The position numbers were made by a program, and so were the translations under genes. Below are positions 45,552 to 57,017 of a stretch of DNA of 64,000 nt, one piece after another. Within the stretch, counting starts at the first letter, position 1; each line of letters starts with the position of its first letter. Source of the stretch: a virus; IMG/VR virus record IMGVR_UViG_3300045051_000978, positions 62,922 to 126,921 of that record; one strand, 5' to 3'. The notes under the pieces are model-generated. The model saw only the letters and a program-made list of their open reading frames with translations, ran no database searches and was not told the origin of the DNA.

Positions 45552-48500
45552 GCTGGACTTGGAAATCTTCACCGACCGCACCGTGCGTGATCCAGGACGA
45601 TCCACCGTGACCTTCCCAGGCACCGGCCACACCGAAACCGTGTAGTAGTCCTCCGGCTTGATGCGCAGCGCAGCGCGCACGTTCTCGTCCTGGCCGAGCG
45701 GGTCAGCCAGGTACTTTTCGAGAAGCGGTTGCGGAATGGTCACTGGAGGAGTTTGAACAGCCGCTCGACCTGGCTGTCCGCCAGCATGATGTCCTCGTCG
45801 TGCAGGAACTGCCGCACTGCTGCGACACGATCTCGCTCGTTCGTCACCACCTGGATGCCGCTGGTGATGTAGTTCGCCTGGGCCATGTGCCGAACGGTCT
45901 TGAACCAGTCGCAGATGGCCGGGATCGCTTCCTCCTGCGTCTTGCCCTGGAGATGCTGGGCAAGCGTGAGCGCGAAGAGCTGCTCGCTCATCTCGCACTG
46001 CCGGTTCATCTGCTCCACCTGCTCGTTGGTGGCCCGTATACGAAACGTGATCTCTTTCATACCTGGTAGAACTGTCAGACTGCACCTTCACGGCTGATGA
46101 CATACCGATCCGAAGGCGCGATGATCTCGGCGTGCATAGCGCGGATGGCGACTGCCGATAGGCTCTGGTCACCCGCGGAAACAGCGCTGAACATCACGTG
46201 ATCCACGCTGCCGTCATCGTGCGTAGACAAGACAAAGGCGTGCAGCACGATCTGGTTGCTCTTGTCCACCTCGCTGCCGACTGCCCTCCTCAGCTCGGTT
46301 GTAGCGCTGCCCCTGTAGTCAGGACTACGCGGCTGAAGCTCGACCCCGAGCGCAGCCCGAATGTCATCCATATCGACCACCATGGCTGCCAGAGTGGAAT
46401 CGTCGGCGAAGACGTAAGCAACCAGGTTGGGGTACGCCGCGACCAGGTGCGCGCCCTTGGTGTGCGCCCTGAGCAATTGATCCAGACTGAATCGTGCTGT
46501 CATCATAGGTGATCCTTTAGCTGGCTGAGTAATCGCTTCCTCGTCTGAACCAATGGCAGCGTGGCCAACTGTCGCTTGGGCCTTTACCCCACAGGTAGCA
46601 CTTGTCCACCCTGAACGACTCTGCGTGCGGCACGTTGTCATGACGCACGAACTGGTGCTCGGGCTCGATCCAGATGCCGTAGATGACGATGGCCCCGCGG
46701 CGCAGCTCGACGAAGCGCCCGAAGAACACTTGCATGTGGCCGTTCAGCATGCGCGTCCCGTAAACAGTATCGGTACGGCTCAGCTGACGAGGTGTGCGCT
46801 CGTGCAGGTTCTCGACGCGTTTGTTCTCTCGTTTCATGCTCAGCAGGGATCGTGGTGCCACCGGACTTCGCCGGTACGTGTGTTGCGGTAACGGTGCGAG
46901 AAGCTGTGCAGCCAGGGAATGCTCGCTTCGAGCGTCCAACCGACCTTGAGCCACCAACGCAGCTGAATGCACAGTTTGCGCATCATCGCCCTGAGAGCAT
47001 GGCCAGCATGATGAGCAACGCATCGCGCTGCTGATCAGACGGCGGAGTGTGCTTCACGTAGAGACCGGCCACGATGTCGTCGCCCACGCTCTCCTGCTTA
47101 TGCCCACCGAGCGCGAGGGCACAGGCCCCCAGGGCTCCCGTGGCAGCGGACAGCTCGCCTTCCCCGACGGCTTCGTCGTGGTACTTGTTGGTGTAGGCTT
47201 CGTGCGCGTCCACGACCATTCGATTGGAACGGAGCACGTCCGCGACCCGCGACCGGAAGGCAGCGGCCGACTCATCTTCCGCCTTGGGCGCGATACCGAA
47301 CTGCCCGACGTACATGCTGGCGATTTCGATTCCGTCTGATGCTGGCATAGTGTGTTTCTTTGTTTACGGGTTGATCACGCAGATTCAACCCAGGTTTGGA
47401 GGGGAAAGATTTTGCGGTCGCCACCCAGGCCGTCCCTGTGCAACAACGAGCAGACGCCCTCGGCCTGCTCCTTGGTGTCGTGGGTGTCCTTGGAGACGTT
47501 GTGCGGGTACTCGGTGCTGACCTGGACCGGCCACTTGGCGCAGCTGCGGTACTTCCCGATCTGCGTGGTCAGCACGGGGTTGTCGATCTTGCGCACGATG
47601 TCCAAGGCGAACGGACAGCCGATGATCTCAGGGTCCCTGGCAGCGCTGACGCCCTTTGCGTAATCGACAGCCTTCTCGAAATCCGTAAACACCGTGCGCG
47701 TGGCCAGGACACGCGCCATGGGCTGATCGCTGTCGTCGTTGCAGATGACGAGGAAGCCCGGGTAGCCGGTGATGGCGACGGCTTGCCGGTAGACGGCGAG
47801 CTTGGCGTAGTAGGCAGTCCACTCCGGCGCATCTCGGTCGCTGACCGTGGCGAGACTGCGGGTGGCGGCGTGGGCGGCGTTCTTGGCCGCATCCACGTCA
47901 CGCTTCAGCTGGATGATCTCTCGACTCGTCATAGGGGTTTCTCCTCGAAGAACGCCGCCTGGAACGGTCCGACCTGCTCAGCCGGGCGGACAGCGCGGAT
48001 CAGGTTACCGAGGGCTCGCGTCATGCTGATGCCGGCACCGTACTTGGCACCGACGTGCGCCATGACAGGCGCGAGCCTGCCCTCGGCCATGATGCGACGA
48101 ACCAGGACGACGAAGCGCTCCGCAGTGATGCCCTCGCTGCGCAGCAGGCCGGCGCGGATGCGATCCTGAAGATCAGCCATGTCCTGCGCCACCGTCTTGC
48201 CCTGGGCGCGCAGACTGGCTTCGTAACGCATCCGGTTGCGCGCTGCTCGCTGCTTCTGGGTCATATTCGTTTACACTGGGAGTTCCGTTTTGAACATCTC
48301 GCGCCACTCCTGGCGCACGAGCGCGCCGTAGCCTCGGGTCACGAGACCGCGAGCTGCCTGAAGCGCCTTGCGCCTCCACGCTTCGCTGACGCGCTTCTGG
48401 TTCATCTTGCCCCAGTAGTGGTACCAGGAGGCGTTCTGGCGAAACTGCCTGAACAGGTCCTGATCAGGCGCAGGCATGCGGCGGAAGCGAGCGCGCTCCT

Positions 48501-49688
48501 CGGCACTGGCATACTGTGCTGCGGTCTTCATGACTTGGCTTTGAGGTAGAGGGTGCAGCCGGTGATCCAGATGCGCCGCATGTCGCGGGCATCCTCAGGT
48601 GTCTGCTTGTAGTTGAGCCACCGGCATCGAGCGTAAGCGTGTGTGAACTGGATGGCGCGCTTGGCAGATCGAGCGCGCACGTGAAGCACGAGCTGGCGCG
48701 TCTGGTCGCCGGCCGCAGTGACGCGGTAGTTGTTACCGGCCGTCTCCCTGTTGACGACCATCGAGTCGAACGCCGGCACCAGCTCCGGGTGCATCTCGAT
48801 CTCCTTCACCGGAACGGGCAAGCGCCCAGGCATGGTAACGGTCCAGATGCTCTCCCATTCGTACACCTGGACGTGTCCGGCGTGCCCGCTGAAGAGGAAG
48901 TGTCCGAACCTCACGTGCTGCCGCAGGACCACGCGCTCCTTCCGCCTGTAGTCGAGGAACGTGCTCAGCGCCTCCGTCTGCTCCGGGATGTTGGCGAACG
49001 GAATCAGCTGCCCGCGCTTGGTGATGGCGAACGCGCCGGACGCCGGAGCGTAGTGGAACTGACAGCCGTAGTAGGGTTCAGATTTCATGGTCAGACGGGT
49101 GGGCGATGACGGTTACGTGGTGACGCCAGGGATGCTGAGGACTTCGCTGAACTTGGCGAACAGTTCGTCCGCGGTGCGTCCGGTGACGTAGATTTGCAGG
49201 CGAGCGCCGGCAGGGCCTTCGCCATCGGTGCAGACCGTGACGAACTTGTTGTCGTTGCCAAACGCAACGCGCAGGCGCTCATTCACCTCTTCGGCGATCC
49301 GCTTGGCTTCGTCGCGGATGCCGCTGTGCTTCTTCCGATTCGCTTCCTGCTGATCGAGGGTGGCCTTCGCGATGGGAATCTGCTCACCGATCCACTGGCT
49401 GACGACGGACTCCCAGTTGGCGTCGGTGGTCTTGACGCGCAGCTCGGCCAAGCAGTGGATGCGTCCCTTGCAGCCGCGGCGGGGGTCCACCTCGAAGACC
49501 AGGGTGGAGAAGTCGGAGGAGTTGCGCGTCCGACGCACGCCGATGGACACGCCTTCGCGGTGGATGAAGGTCTGCCAGCGGTTGTGGTAACCCTGACGGA
49601 GAAGCGCCTCTTCGCTGCGCAGGAAGCCCAGGCGCATGAGGGCGGGGGCGACAGACTCGGCGGAGACGGACTCGGTTGCGGCGTTCAT
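45540..49688 (-). other. Block of small early-type hypothetical ORFs (e.g. 45740-46060, 46075-46506, 46983-47348, 47375-47932, 47929-48264, 48271-48531, 48528-49088, 49113-49688)
   Basis: Dense coupled ORFs downstream of the promoter at 49698-49726. Confidence 0.55.
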
Positions 49689-49697
49689 TGTGGCGTC

Positions 49698-49726
49698 ACT
49701 GTATACAGAATGAACGCCACCGTCAA
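49698..49726 (-). promoter_or_regulatory. Sigma70-like promoter, GTATAC class
   Basis: TTGACG-N17-TACAGT, 9 nt before the ATG at 49688; flanked by GGCGTTCATT/AATGAACGCC. Confidence 0.65.
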
Positions 49727-50311
49727 CCACAAATGTGAAACGTTTACAGAAGCTGCGTCATCGGTTCCTGGTCTGGTGGCTCAGGCAGGTTCGGATCAGG
49801 CAACACGTCCGGCACGTCTTTGAGCGCCTGGGCAATCGCCTGAACCGTGCGCACCCAGAGATCGCACTGGCGTGGATTATCAGAGAAGGGCACGTCGTCC
49901 GAACGCCGGTACGCTTCAAGCACCAGATCGAAGCCGTTGATCGTGATCACCTCAGGCACGTTGGTGCTGTGCCCACGGCAACCGTTTGGAGTGCAGGGCT
50001 GCCCGCACTCGTACTCACCGCAGACAACCTCAACGTTCATGGCTCCGATCCTCCCAGCCAATCTGCGCTGTACCAGCCGGCGTCGAGCCAACCCTGCTCA
50101 ACGCCGTGGCAGCACTTGCTCTGCACCACGATGCCGGTCACCGCTCCAGGGTCTTCCTGAATGCCCGTGACGATCACCTGGATCGGAACAAACTGACAGT
50201 ATTCGCACACTCTTCTATCTGTTCGCCTAAACTCTGGCATCTGTGCGTAGTGGGAGAACAGGCGCGCACCAGGCGTGATGCGCGCCGCCGTTTCCCGGGT
50301 GAAGCGCACAC

Positions 50312-51424
50312 TCATACCTGCACGGGTTCAGCGCCGTCGTCTACAGCTTCAGCACCTTCCTGGAGCACGTAGTCCTGCCATGGGTGGTCGGGTACGCCGA
50401 TCCAGGTGCAATCCTCTTCGTAGACCTGCGTCACGCCCGCGCCGCGCAGCCGGCCCTTGGAAGCGTTGACACCCCGGGCAACGAACGTGCAGCGCTGCAA
50501 ACGCGTCTGCTCGATGTACGCATTCGGCGCAGCTTCGAGCAGGATCGCTTGAGCCCACTCCGTGTTGCTCTGCTTGAATACGAAACGCGAATCAGCAACG
50601 ACCATGCGCGTGCGCAACGTGCCCTCGGCCACGGCGCGGAAGTCGAGCGCCCAGTTACAGTCCCAGGCGCTGAAATTGCGCACCAACACGTCCGCGGCGT
50701 TGTCCGTGTCGCAGAAGATCGCCCGAATGAATCCCTCGCTCGTGCAGTCCGTGATCGTCGTGCGGTCGTTGACACCGAAGCCGGCGTGCGCGGGCGTCGG
50801 CGCAAGCACCTGAACGTTGGTGACGTGATTGGCCATGTGCAGAAGACCAGGACGCTTCACGCAGCCCATGTAAACAGCCGTGATGTAATTCTCCACACCA
50901 GCGAGCGCCCGCGTGATGACCCTGCAATCGACGATGCTGTTGCCGCCGTCAGCAAGCGCTTCAGCTGCGTTGTTGACCAGGATGCCGAAACCTTCATTCA
51001 CCTCGCCCGACCAGACGCGCATGCCCACCACGTCCTGGACGACCACATCCTTCACCGTCGCGCAGGTCGAGTAGATGTGGATCGCAACGGTCGGCACCTT
51101 GATCTCGGAGCAGTCCAGGGTGAATCCCTCCATCCGCATGGCATGGGAAACGCCCTTGGTGCGCGCACCACCCGTCAGCAGCTCAACGTACTGCGCGTCC
51201 TTCCCTCCGATCTTCGTGTCCACGTTCCTGGCCTTGATCTTGGTCAGGTGCGAACCAGCACCGATGAGGAAGCAGCCTGGAGCAAGGACGCACAGGTCGT
51301 TGCTCTCGAACGCGAATCCGCCCTGCGTCGTGTACTCGCCTTCCATCAGCTGGAAGGTTGTCCCGGGCTGCCGGTTGTTGCGCAGCACCGTGTCGATGGA
51401 GCCTGGAGGAATGGTAATGGTCAT
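50312..51424 (-). CDS. Parallel beta-helix (pectin lyase-like) protein
   Basis: GTTFQLMEGEY...LIGAGSHLTKI...MEGFTLD; repeated I/V-x-D/N-C/V strands. Confidence 0.6.
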   Translation of the reverse strand: MTITIPPGSIDTVLRNNRQPGTTFQLMEGEYTTQGGFAFESNDLCVLAPGCFLIGAGSHLTKIKARNVDTKIGGKDAQYVELLTGGARTKGVSHAMRMEGFTLDCSEIKVPTVAIHIYSTCATVKDVVVQDVVGMRVWSGEVNEGFGILVNNAAEALADGGNSIVDCRVITRALAGVENYITAVYMGCVKRPGLLHMANHVTNVQVLAPTPAHAGFGVNDRTTITDCTSEGFIRAIFCDTDNAADVLVRNFSAWDCNWALDFRAVAEGTLRTRMVVADSRFVFKQSNTEWAQAILLEAAPNAYIEQTRLQRCTFVARGVNASKGRLRGAGVTQVYEEDCTWIGVPDHPWQDYVLQEGAEAVDDGAEPVQV

Positions 51425-51936
51425 GGCGTCTGTGTGTGTTCCAGTTTGCTGAAGTGCTCGGCAGCCCCCTTCATTCCCCGCTCCGAGCAGACACGTTTGA
51501 ACAGCCTAGCAAGCGTAGCGCGCTCCTGGGCGTCAGCGTACGACATGAGATCGTGGGCCGATGCGTGCATGTACTTCGGGTCGAACCAGACCTCGTCCGC
51601 CGTGGTCTTCACGGCACCCTCCTCGTCGTACGGCCGGTGCTCGTTGTCCAGGCGGATGGCCTCGGCCAGGATTAGAAGGGCGTTGCGGACACGCAAGCTC
51701 GAACCGCCGCCGGCATGCGTGCGAAAGCGCGTGCTCGGCATCCCGGATGGTTCGGTCAGAGACATCCCCAACCAGGCGTCACCGTCGTCGCTGAAGATGA
51801 TGCGTATCTTGGGGAAGAAGGTGCCGTCGTGGTCGTCGTGCGACCGCTCGTAGATCGTTCGTGTGCGGAGCTGCGGCAGCCAGAAGTTATCTTCCAATAA
51901 GCTCCGCACCATAGACTGGGCTTTTTCTGGGGTCAT
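51421..51936 (-). CDS. Hypothetical protein
   Basis: DGDAW...RFRTHAGGGSSLRVRNALLILAEAIRLDN; N-terminal MVRSLLED may be a chance match to the tag. Confidence 0.6.
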   Translation of the reverse strand: MTPEKAQSMVRSLLEDNFWLPQLRTRTIYERSHDDHDGTFFPKIRIIFSDDGDAWLGMSLTEPSGMPSTRFRTHAGGGSSLRVRNALLILAEAIRLDNEHRPYDEEGAVKTTADEVWFDPKYMHASAHDLMSYADAQERATLARLFKRVCSERGMKGAAEHFSKLEHTQTP

Positions 51937-52357
51937 AGTCGTCAGGTTGGTTGTCGAAGGCTGAGAGGACGAGCAGCAGGAAGATGACGAAAATACAGAG
52001 GAAGCCGATCACCAGGATGGTCGTATGAAAGCGCGTGCGCCATGCGACGTGCGCCATCAGCTCATCGGGCGGTTCATCGGCCGATGGTTCCGTAAACAAC
52101 CAGCGCAGCTTCATCGCATCGCCCATCCTTGCACGCGCACGAGGTTGCCGTCTTCATCGTACGTCAGGTGAAGCCGCGCCTTGTTCGAGCGCGCAATGGA
52201 TCGATGCGCCTCGACAAGCACGGCATCTTTCTCCGGGAAGCGCGACACGAGCCTGTCACCCTCGTAGTGATTGACCTCGGCGCTGCCGGTGTGCGCGATG
52301 TTCACGAAGCGCCGCAGCACCTCCTGCTCCACCTGCTCCAGGTCAACGGTGATGACC

Positions 52358-53842
52358 TTATTGATGGTCAGGGTTTTCTTGGGCGGCTGCATGGATGGAT
52401 GTGCTGGACAGTGGGAGGTTGCGGTGAATGTATACGGCTTGTCCACCGTATTTCTGGACCTTCTCACGCTCCTCGATGCCGGCGGGCGTGTCCTTCGATT
52501 CGTCGCCGTGAACGACCACATCAGGACGCAGGCGCTCAATGAGCGCGGCTGGTGAAGACTCGTCAAACCCCACTACTGCATCGACGCAGGCCAGGGCTGC
52601 AAGGACTTCAGCGCGATGTGACCAGGTGTTGATCGGGCGGTCCTGGCCCTTGAGTTCACGAACGCTGCGGTCGGAGTTGAGCGCCACGATCAGCTTGTTG
52701 CCGAGCGCGCTGGCCTGCTTGAGCAGGTCCACGTGCCCAGCGTGCAGCAGATCGAAGCAGCCGTTGGCCATGACGATGACCTCCTCCGGCTCGCGCTGGT
52801 CGTAAACCTCAATGAAGTCGTCCACCGTCTCAAACACCTTCTGTTCCCAAACCGTCTGCGGCAGTGCGTCCAGGAGCTGCTCGCGCAACACTGGCGCTGT
52901 ATACGGCATGGCCACACAGATGCGTCCAGCCTCGCACGCCAACTGACACGCCTGGTCGAGTGGCACGTTGCTGCCAAGGCACAGCCCGAGCACTGCGGCG
53001 ATGGTGTCACCTGCGCCTGTCACGTCCATCACCTCCACCTCGCCAGCCTTGGCGTGCTTCGCGAATTTGCTGGTCCGCTGGTGGTAGTAGATGCCCTCGT
53101 GCCCCGCGGTGATGACGACACCGTACGCGTTGAAGCGCTCCATGAGGTGACGCATCACGTCACCGATGGGCGTGTCCTGTGTGATCGTGCGCCCGTAGAA
53201 GTGCTCCGCCTCCGTCCAGTTGGGCTTGATGAGCGTGCATCGTGCGTACGCCTCCACCGCGGCTGATCCAGGCTTCGGGTCCACGATCCACGGAATGCCG
53301 CGACGGTCGCAGAACTCCTTGATCACGATACAGGCTTCCGGCGTCACCGTGCCCTTGCCGTAATCCGAAACGATGACGGCATGCACCTCGTCCTTCGTTT
53401 CGAGGAAGCGCGCCAGGAAGGACGCGTCGCAGGTACAGGCAGCGTCGTGATCGAGGCGCACGTACTGGTGCATGCGCTGCCCCTGCCGGCCGATGATGCG
53501 CGTCTTGCGCGTCGTGTAGTTGGCCGAGGCTGCGGGCGTGATGGTGAGTCCGTGACCGCTGACCAGGTTCATCAGTCGCCTGCTGGTGTCGTCGTTGCCG
53601 TAGCAGGTGATCAGATTTGCCTGACCGCCGAGACTCACGACGTTGGCCGCGACATTGCCTGCCCCTCCCAATCTGTAAACGGTTTCGTGCGGCTTGAGGA
53701 CCGGCACAGGCGCTTCAGGCGACAAGCGCGTCGGCGTGCACTCGACGTACTCGTCCACCATCACGTCGCCGAAGACGACAACCTTTTTGTTTTTGAAGCC
53801 GCGAACGGCCTGTCGCAGTTGATAAGCGCTACTGGAGTTCAT
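52358..53842 (-). CDS. hldE: Bifunctional heptose-7-phosphate kinase / heptose-1-phosphate adenylyltransferase
   Basis: [39 protein letters not shown]; C-terminal [14 protein letters not shown]...[20 protein letters not shown]. Confidence 0.9.
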   Translation of the reverse strand: MNSSSAYQLRQAVRGFKNKKVVVFGDVMVDEYVECTPTRLSPEAPVPVLKPHETVYRLGGAGNVAANVVSLGGQANLITCYGNDDTSRRLMNLVSGHGLTITPAASANYTTRKTRIIGRQGQRMHQYVRLDHDAACTCDASFLARFLETKDEVHAVIVSDYGKGTVTPEACIVIKEFCDRRGIPWIVDPKPGSAAVEAYARCTLIKPNWTEAEHFYGRTITQDTPIGDVMRHLMERFNAYGVVITAGHEGIYYHQRTSKFAKHAKAGEVEVMDVTGAGDTIAAVLGLCLGSNVPLDQACQLACEAGRICVAMPYTAPVLREQLLDALPQTVWEQKVFETVDDFIEVYDQREPEEVIVMANGCFDLLHAGHVDLLKQASALGNKLIVALNSDRSVRELKGQDRPINTWSHRAEVLAALACVDAVVGFDESSPAALIERLRPDVVVHGDESKDTPAGIEEREKVQKYGGQAVYIHRNLPLSSTSIHAAAQENPDHQ

Positions 53843-54236
53843 GGATAAGGTTGAGCGGCCCACTGTAATTGACCAGTATGGACCGATCACCTGTCAGAAC
53901 CGCAGCGCAGAACCTGTGGTGACCATCGATGATGGATGGCCTGAACGGAGTCGTCTGGTGCCATATCCAGTCGATGGCGATGGGGTCTTCCCAGCCTGTG
54001 TCGATGAGCCAGGCGATGCGGCCCATGTGGTAGGATTTGTCGCGCAGCTTGACCGGCAGGTGCTTCACCTGATGTGGCACGCCAGCATAGGCATCCGCTT
54101 CATGCGACACGTCAAAAACTGTAAACGGATTAGCCTCGTACGGATTCAGGTACTGCGCGATCCGTACGAGGCTAAGTTCGCAGATCAGATCGTCAGTTCG
54201 CCTGAGCTTGCACGTCAGCTGCGGGTTCGGGCGCAT
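53829..54236 (-). CDS. ParB/Srx-like domain protein
   Basis: HMGRIAWL...DPIAID...[13 protein letters not shown]. Confidence 0.55.
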   Translation of the reverse strand: MRPNPQLTCKLRRTDDLICELSLVRIAQYLNPYEANPFTVFDVSHEADAYAGVPHQVKHLPVKLRDKSYHMGRIAWLIDTGWEDPIAIDWIWHQTTPFRPSIIDGHHRFCAAVLTGDRSILVNYSGPLNLIHELQ

Positions 54237-54452
54237 CACTGACCGGTACACCCGACGGATCACCTGCACCGGCTTGAAGCTTGACGCTGTCTTTGACAGC
54301 TGCTTTGTGTTCTGCGATCTGGCGCTCGATGCTCTTCGCGACTTCATACAGGCGATCTGACTCACGCCGAAGAGCGAGGGCGCGTCTACGCGTCGCTGCG
54401 GCCATCTCGACAGCTTCGGCGATTTCCACGGAAACAGAAACGACGCTCGGGT

Positions 54453-55136
54453 TCACACCTCTTTTGCGAGATTGGATTGGTACTTGACGACCAGGGCAAA
54501 GCGCCCGTCCTCCATCTGGCGCGCCGAGCGCACCCAAGACCTGATCGTGCCGTCCTCCAGCTTGCAGCCGTAGACGTAAGCCGGCTCGCCGGTCGCCTCG
54601 ATGAACAGGTTGGCCGAACATCCGTGCGTGATCGTGTACTCGCCACCCGTCCGCACATGCTTCACGCGATCCCCCGGCGCAAACAGCCAGGCCGGCGTGA
54701 ACTCACGACGCACCGTCTCCTTCGACCGGCACATCCGGATCACGTCGCACAGGAACTGCACGACATCCGGCGACGCCAGGGACTCGGTCGCCTCGCGCAG
54801 CAGGACCGCGGCGCGGTGGGCCAGCTCCATGGGCGTAAGATCGCAGCTCCCGGCCACCGCAGGCAATCCGCCTTCAGGGGCGTGCTCCGCCTGATTGAGC
54901 GCCAGGACGACAGCCATTGCTGCCGCATCCCAGGACGCCGCGATGTCAGGCTTGGTCTTCCGCAGCTCGGTGAAGTCCGGCAGCTTGTCGCCGTTGAACG
55001 CCTTCCAGCCGCGAGTCTCGCAGTATTTCGTATACGCGATGTCGCCGGGTCGGTTGGGCTCGTGCTCAGGCTCGCTGATTGGGGTGCTCGCCGCAGGCGG
55101 ACCTTGATCTTCGTCGTCGTACAGGTTTTGTCCCAT
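54453..55136 (-). CDS. Protein with a C-terminal DUF1653-like SH3 domain
   Basis: GDRVKHVRTGGEYTI...IEATGEPAYVY...WVRSARQMEDGRF. Confidence 0.5.
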   Translation of the reverse strand: MGQNLYDDEDQGPPAASTPISEPEHEPNRPGDIAYTKYCETRGWKAFNGDKLPDFTELRKTKPDIAASWDAAAMAVVLALNQAEHAPEGGLPAVAGSCDLTPMELAHRAAVLLREATESLASPDVVQFLCDVIRMCRSKETVRREFTPAWLFAPGDRVKHVRTGGEYTITHGCSANLFIEATGEPAYVYGCKLEDGTIRSWVRSARQMEDGRFALVVKYQSNLAKEV

Positions 55137-55435
55137 GGTGATGTGCTTTGAGGGTTGACCGAAAGGTTACTCAGCGATGCGCCGCCGGTATTCTGCGACG
55201 CACTTCTTGGCGTCCAGGCACGAAATCGAAGTGCGCGCCTCAGCGCTTTTCATGATCAGCTCGCTGCGCTTCCATCGTCCGCACAGGCAGGTAGCGGCCC
55301 TGTCTTCGATGAAGTGAAAACGGTTGCTGCTGATGCAGGTCGGGAAAGCCCAGACGCCGTGCAGCCTCTTGACGTGTGCTCGCGCACTGGTGATGGCAGC
55401 CGGTGGTTGAGGAGGCGGCTTCATGGGATCGGCAG

Positions 55436-55464
55436 TCTGTATACGAAAGCTGCGCCTGCGTCAA
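55436..55464 (-). promoter_or_regulatory. Sigma70-like promoter, GTATAC class
   Basis: TTGACG-N17-TACAGA, 11 nt before the ATG at 55424. Confidence 0.55.
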
Positions 55465-57017
55465 TACTCGCCCTCGGCGTCGTCATCGTCGCCAACGTCG
55501 TCCTTGGACACGCGGCCGGCATTCATGCGCTCGCGCAGACGGAGCAGGTACTCGTTGGGCTCGCCGCGGAAGAGACCGTGCACAGCCCCATTGAGCGCGA
55601 CCTGTTCGATGCCGCGGGTCATGGCCACGTACAGCAGGTTGATCTCGTTGGAGTCGATGCTGCGGAACACGTCGTCGCCCTTCACCGGCTTCTTGCTTGG
55701 CTCCAGGGGCGTGCCGACCTCATCAGTGAGGAACGGGAAATCGTTGGCGATACGCACGCGCCGCCACTCGCGGCCCTTGGCGCGATGCGCGGTAACGAGC
55801 AGCACCTCCGCATCCTCGTCAGACACCAGCCTGGACTGGATGCGCTCCACCACCGACGGCAGCGTGGTCGAGTACGTCTCGACGATGTCCATCTTGCTGG
55901 CGAGTTGCGTATCCCCACGACGCGTTGCCCACGCCTTCAGTTCCTCCCAAGGTGCGAAGATGCGCGCCAACGGATTCTTGCACTTCTCCGAGCGCCCCTG
56001 GTGTGCCTGAAGCAGGTCGAGCAGCTCCGCCATGAAGCCGTTGAAGCTGTCGCCGCCTGTGAGCGCGATCTTCGTTCCGCGCTGCGCCAGGGCGTGCGCT
56101 TCACGGAACAGCGACGCGTTGCCGCGGAAGAGATGCGTATACGGAAACGGCAGGGTGACCGGTTCGCCTTCAGCTTCCGGATTGATGCACTCGGTGTAGA
56201 CGCGGTCGTTTCCGACGAGCGGGTGCTCGATGGGGTAGAAACGGTTCAGGAACTCCGTGGCCATGTCCGCCAGATTGTCACCGAAGCGCCAGGACTTGGT
56301 GAGGAAGTAGCGCGCACCGCGCAGATTGTCCATGGCGTCCACCGCGCCGTTGAAGGCGTAGATTTGCTGGAAGGGGTCACCGACAGCCACCACGCGACAG
56401 CGCTTCGCATCCAGCTGCTGGTTGAGGATGTCGAGCATGAGCGGGTTCGCATCCTGCGCCTCGTCGAGCAGGATGGCGTCCTGCTTCAGCTTGGGCTGAC
56501 TCAGCTGGTAGAGCTTGAGGTAGCAGTTGTGCGTCATGTCGAGCTGCCCGGTGCGCAGCGCGTCGAACACCTTCTGCGCACGCTCGGCGATCACGTCCCG
56601 GATCGCTTCATCCTGCTCGGCCTCGAACCTGAACGGAACCACGTCGGCCGTGATCTTCGGGTGCGCGCTGCGCATGAAGACTTCGACCGTGTCCACCACG
56701 TCTACAGCCTCGGGCAGGCTGATCCTGAGCAGCTTGGCGACCGAGAAGAAGCTGATGAAGCCCGATAGCTGCCCACGAATGCGCATGGCGCTGTAGGCCA
56801 AGGAATGGATCGTCGAGCAGTACGTGTTGCTGGGGAAGGCCGCTTCGGCAGCTTCGCGCACCGACTTGTTGTACGCGAGGTAGAGGAAACGCGAGTGCGG
56901 GCGAGCCTCAGCGTAGCGCGCAAGTGTAAACGTTTTGCCGGTGCCGGCGTAGGCGATGATGCTCTGCGCGTCGTCGTCCTGCGAGTCTACGATTGCTGAT
57001 TGTTCTTCGGTGAGCAT
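55461..57017 (-). CDS. UvrD/Rep-like SF1 DNA helicase
   Basis: LTEEQ, AYAGTGKT, LAYNKS, ILLDEAQD, VGDPFQQIYAFNGA, LTKSWRFG, TAHRAKGREW, LYVAMTR. Confidence 0.9.
   Translation of the reverse strand: MLTEEQSAIVDSQDDDAQSIIAYAGTGKTFTLARYAEARPHSRFLYLAYNKSVREAAEAAFPSNTYCSTIHSLAYSAMRIRGQLSGFISFFSVAKLLRISLPEAVDVVDTVEVFMRSAHPKITADVVPFRFEAEQDEAIRDVIAERAQKVFDALRTGQLDMTHNCYLKLYQLSQPKLKQDAILLDEAQDANPLMLDILNQQLDAKRCRVVAVGDPFQQIYAFNGAVDAMDNLRGARYFLTKSWRFGDNLADMATEFLNRFYPIEHPLVGNDRVYTECINPEAEGEPVTLPFPYTHLFRGNASLFREAHALAQRGTKIALTGGDSFNGFMAELLDLLQAHQGRSEKCKNPLARIFAPWEELKAWATRRGDTQLASKMDIVETYSTTLPSVVERIQSRLVSDEDAEVLLVTAHRAKGREWRRVRIANDFPFLTDEVGTPLEPSKKPVKGDDVFRSIDSNEINLLYVAMTRGIEQVALNGAVHGLFRGEPNEYLLRLRERMNAGRVSKDDVGDDDDAEGEY

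Noticed and set aside
55155-56768. Long antisense ORFs (also 50384-51853, 22992-24038, 24744-25850, 39794-40870, 35606-36649)
   Set aside because: Shadow ORFs of high-GC genes on the opposite strand, with no motifs of their own.
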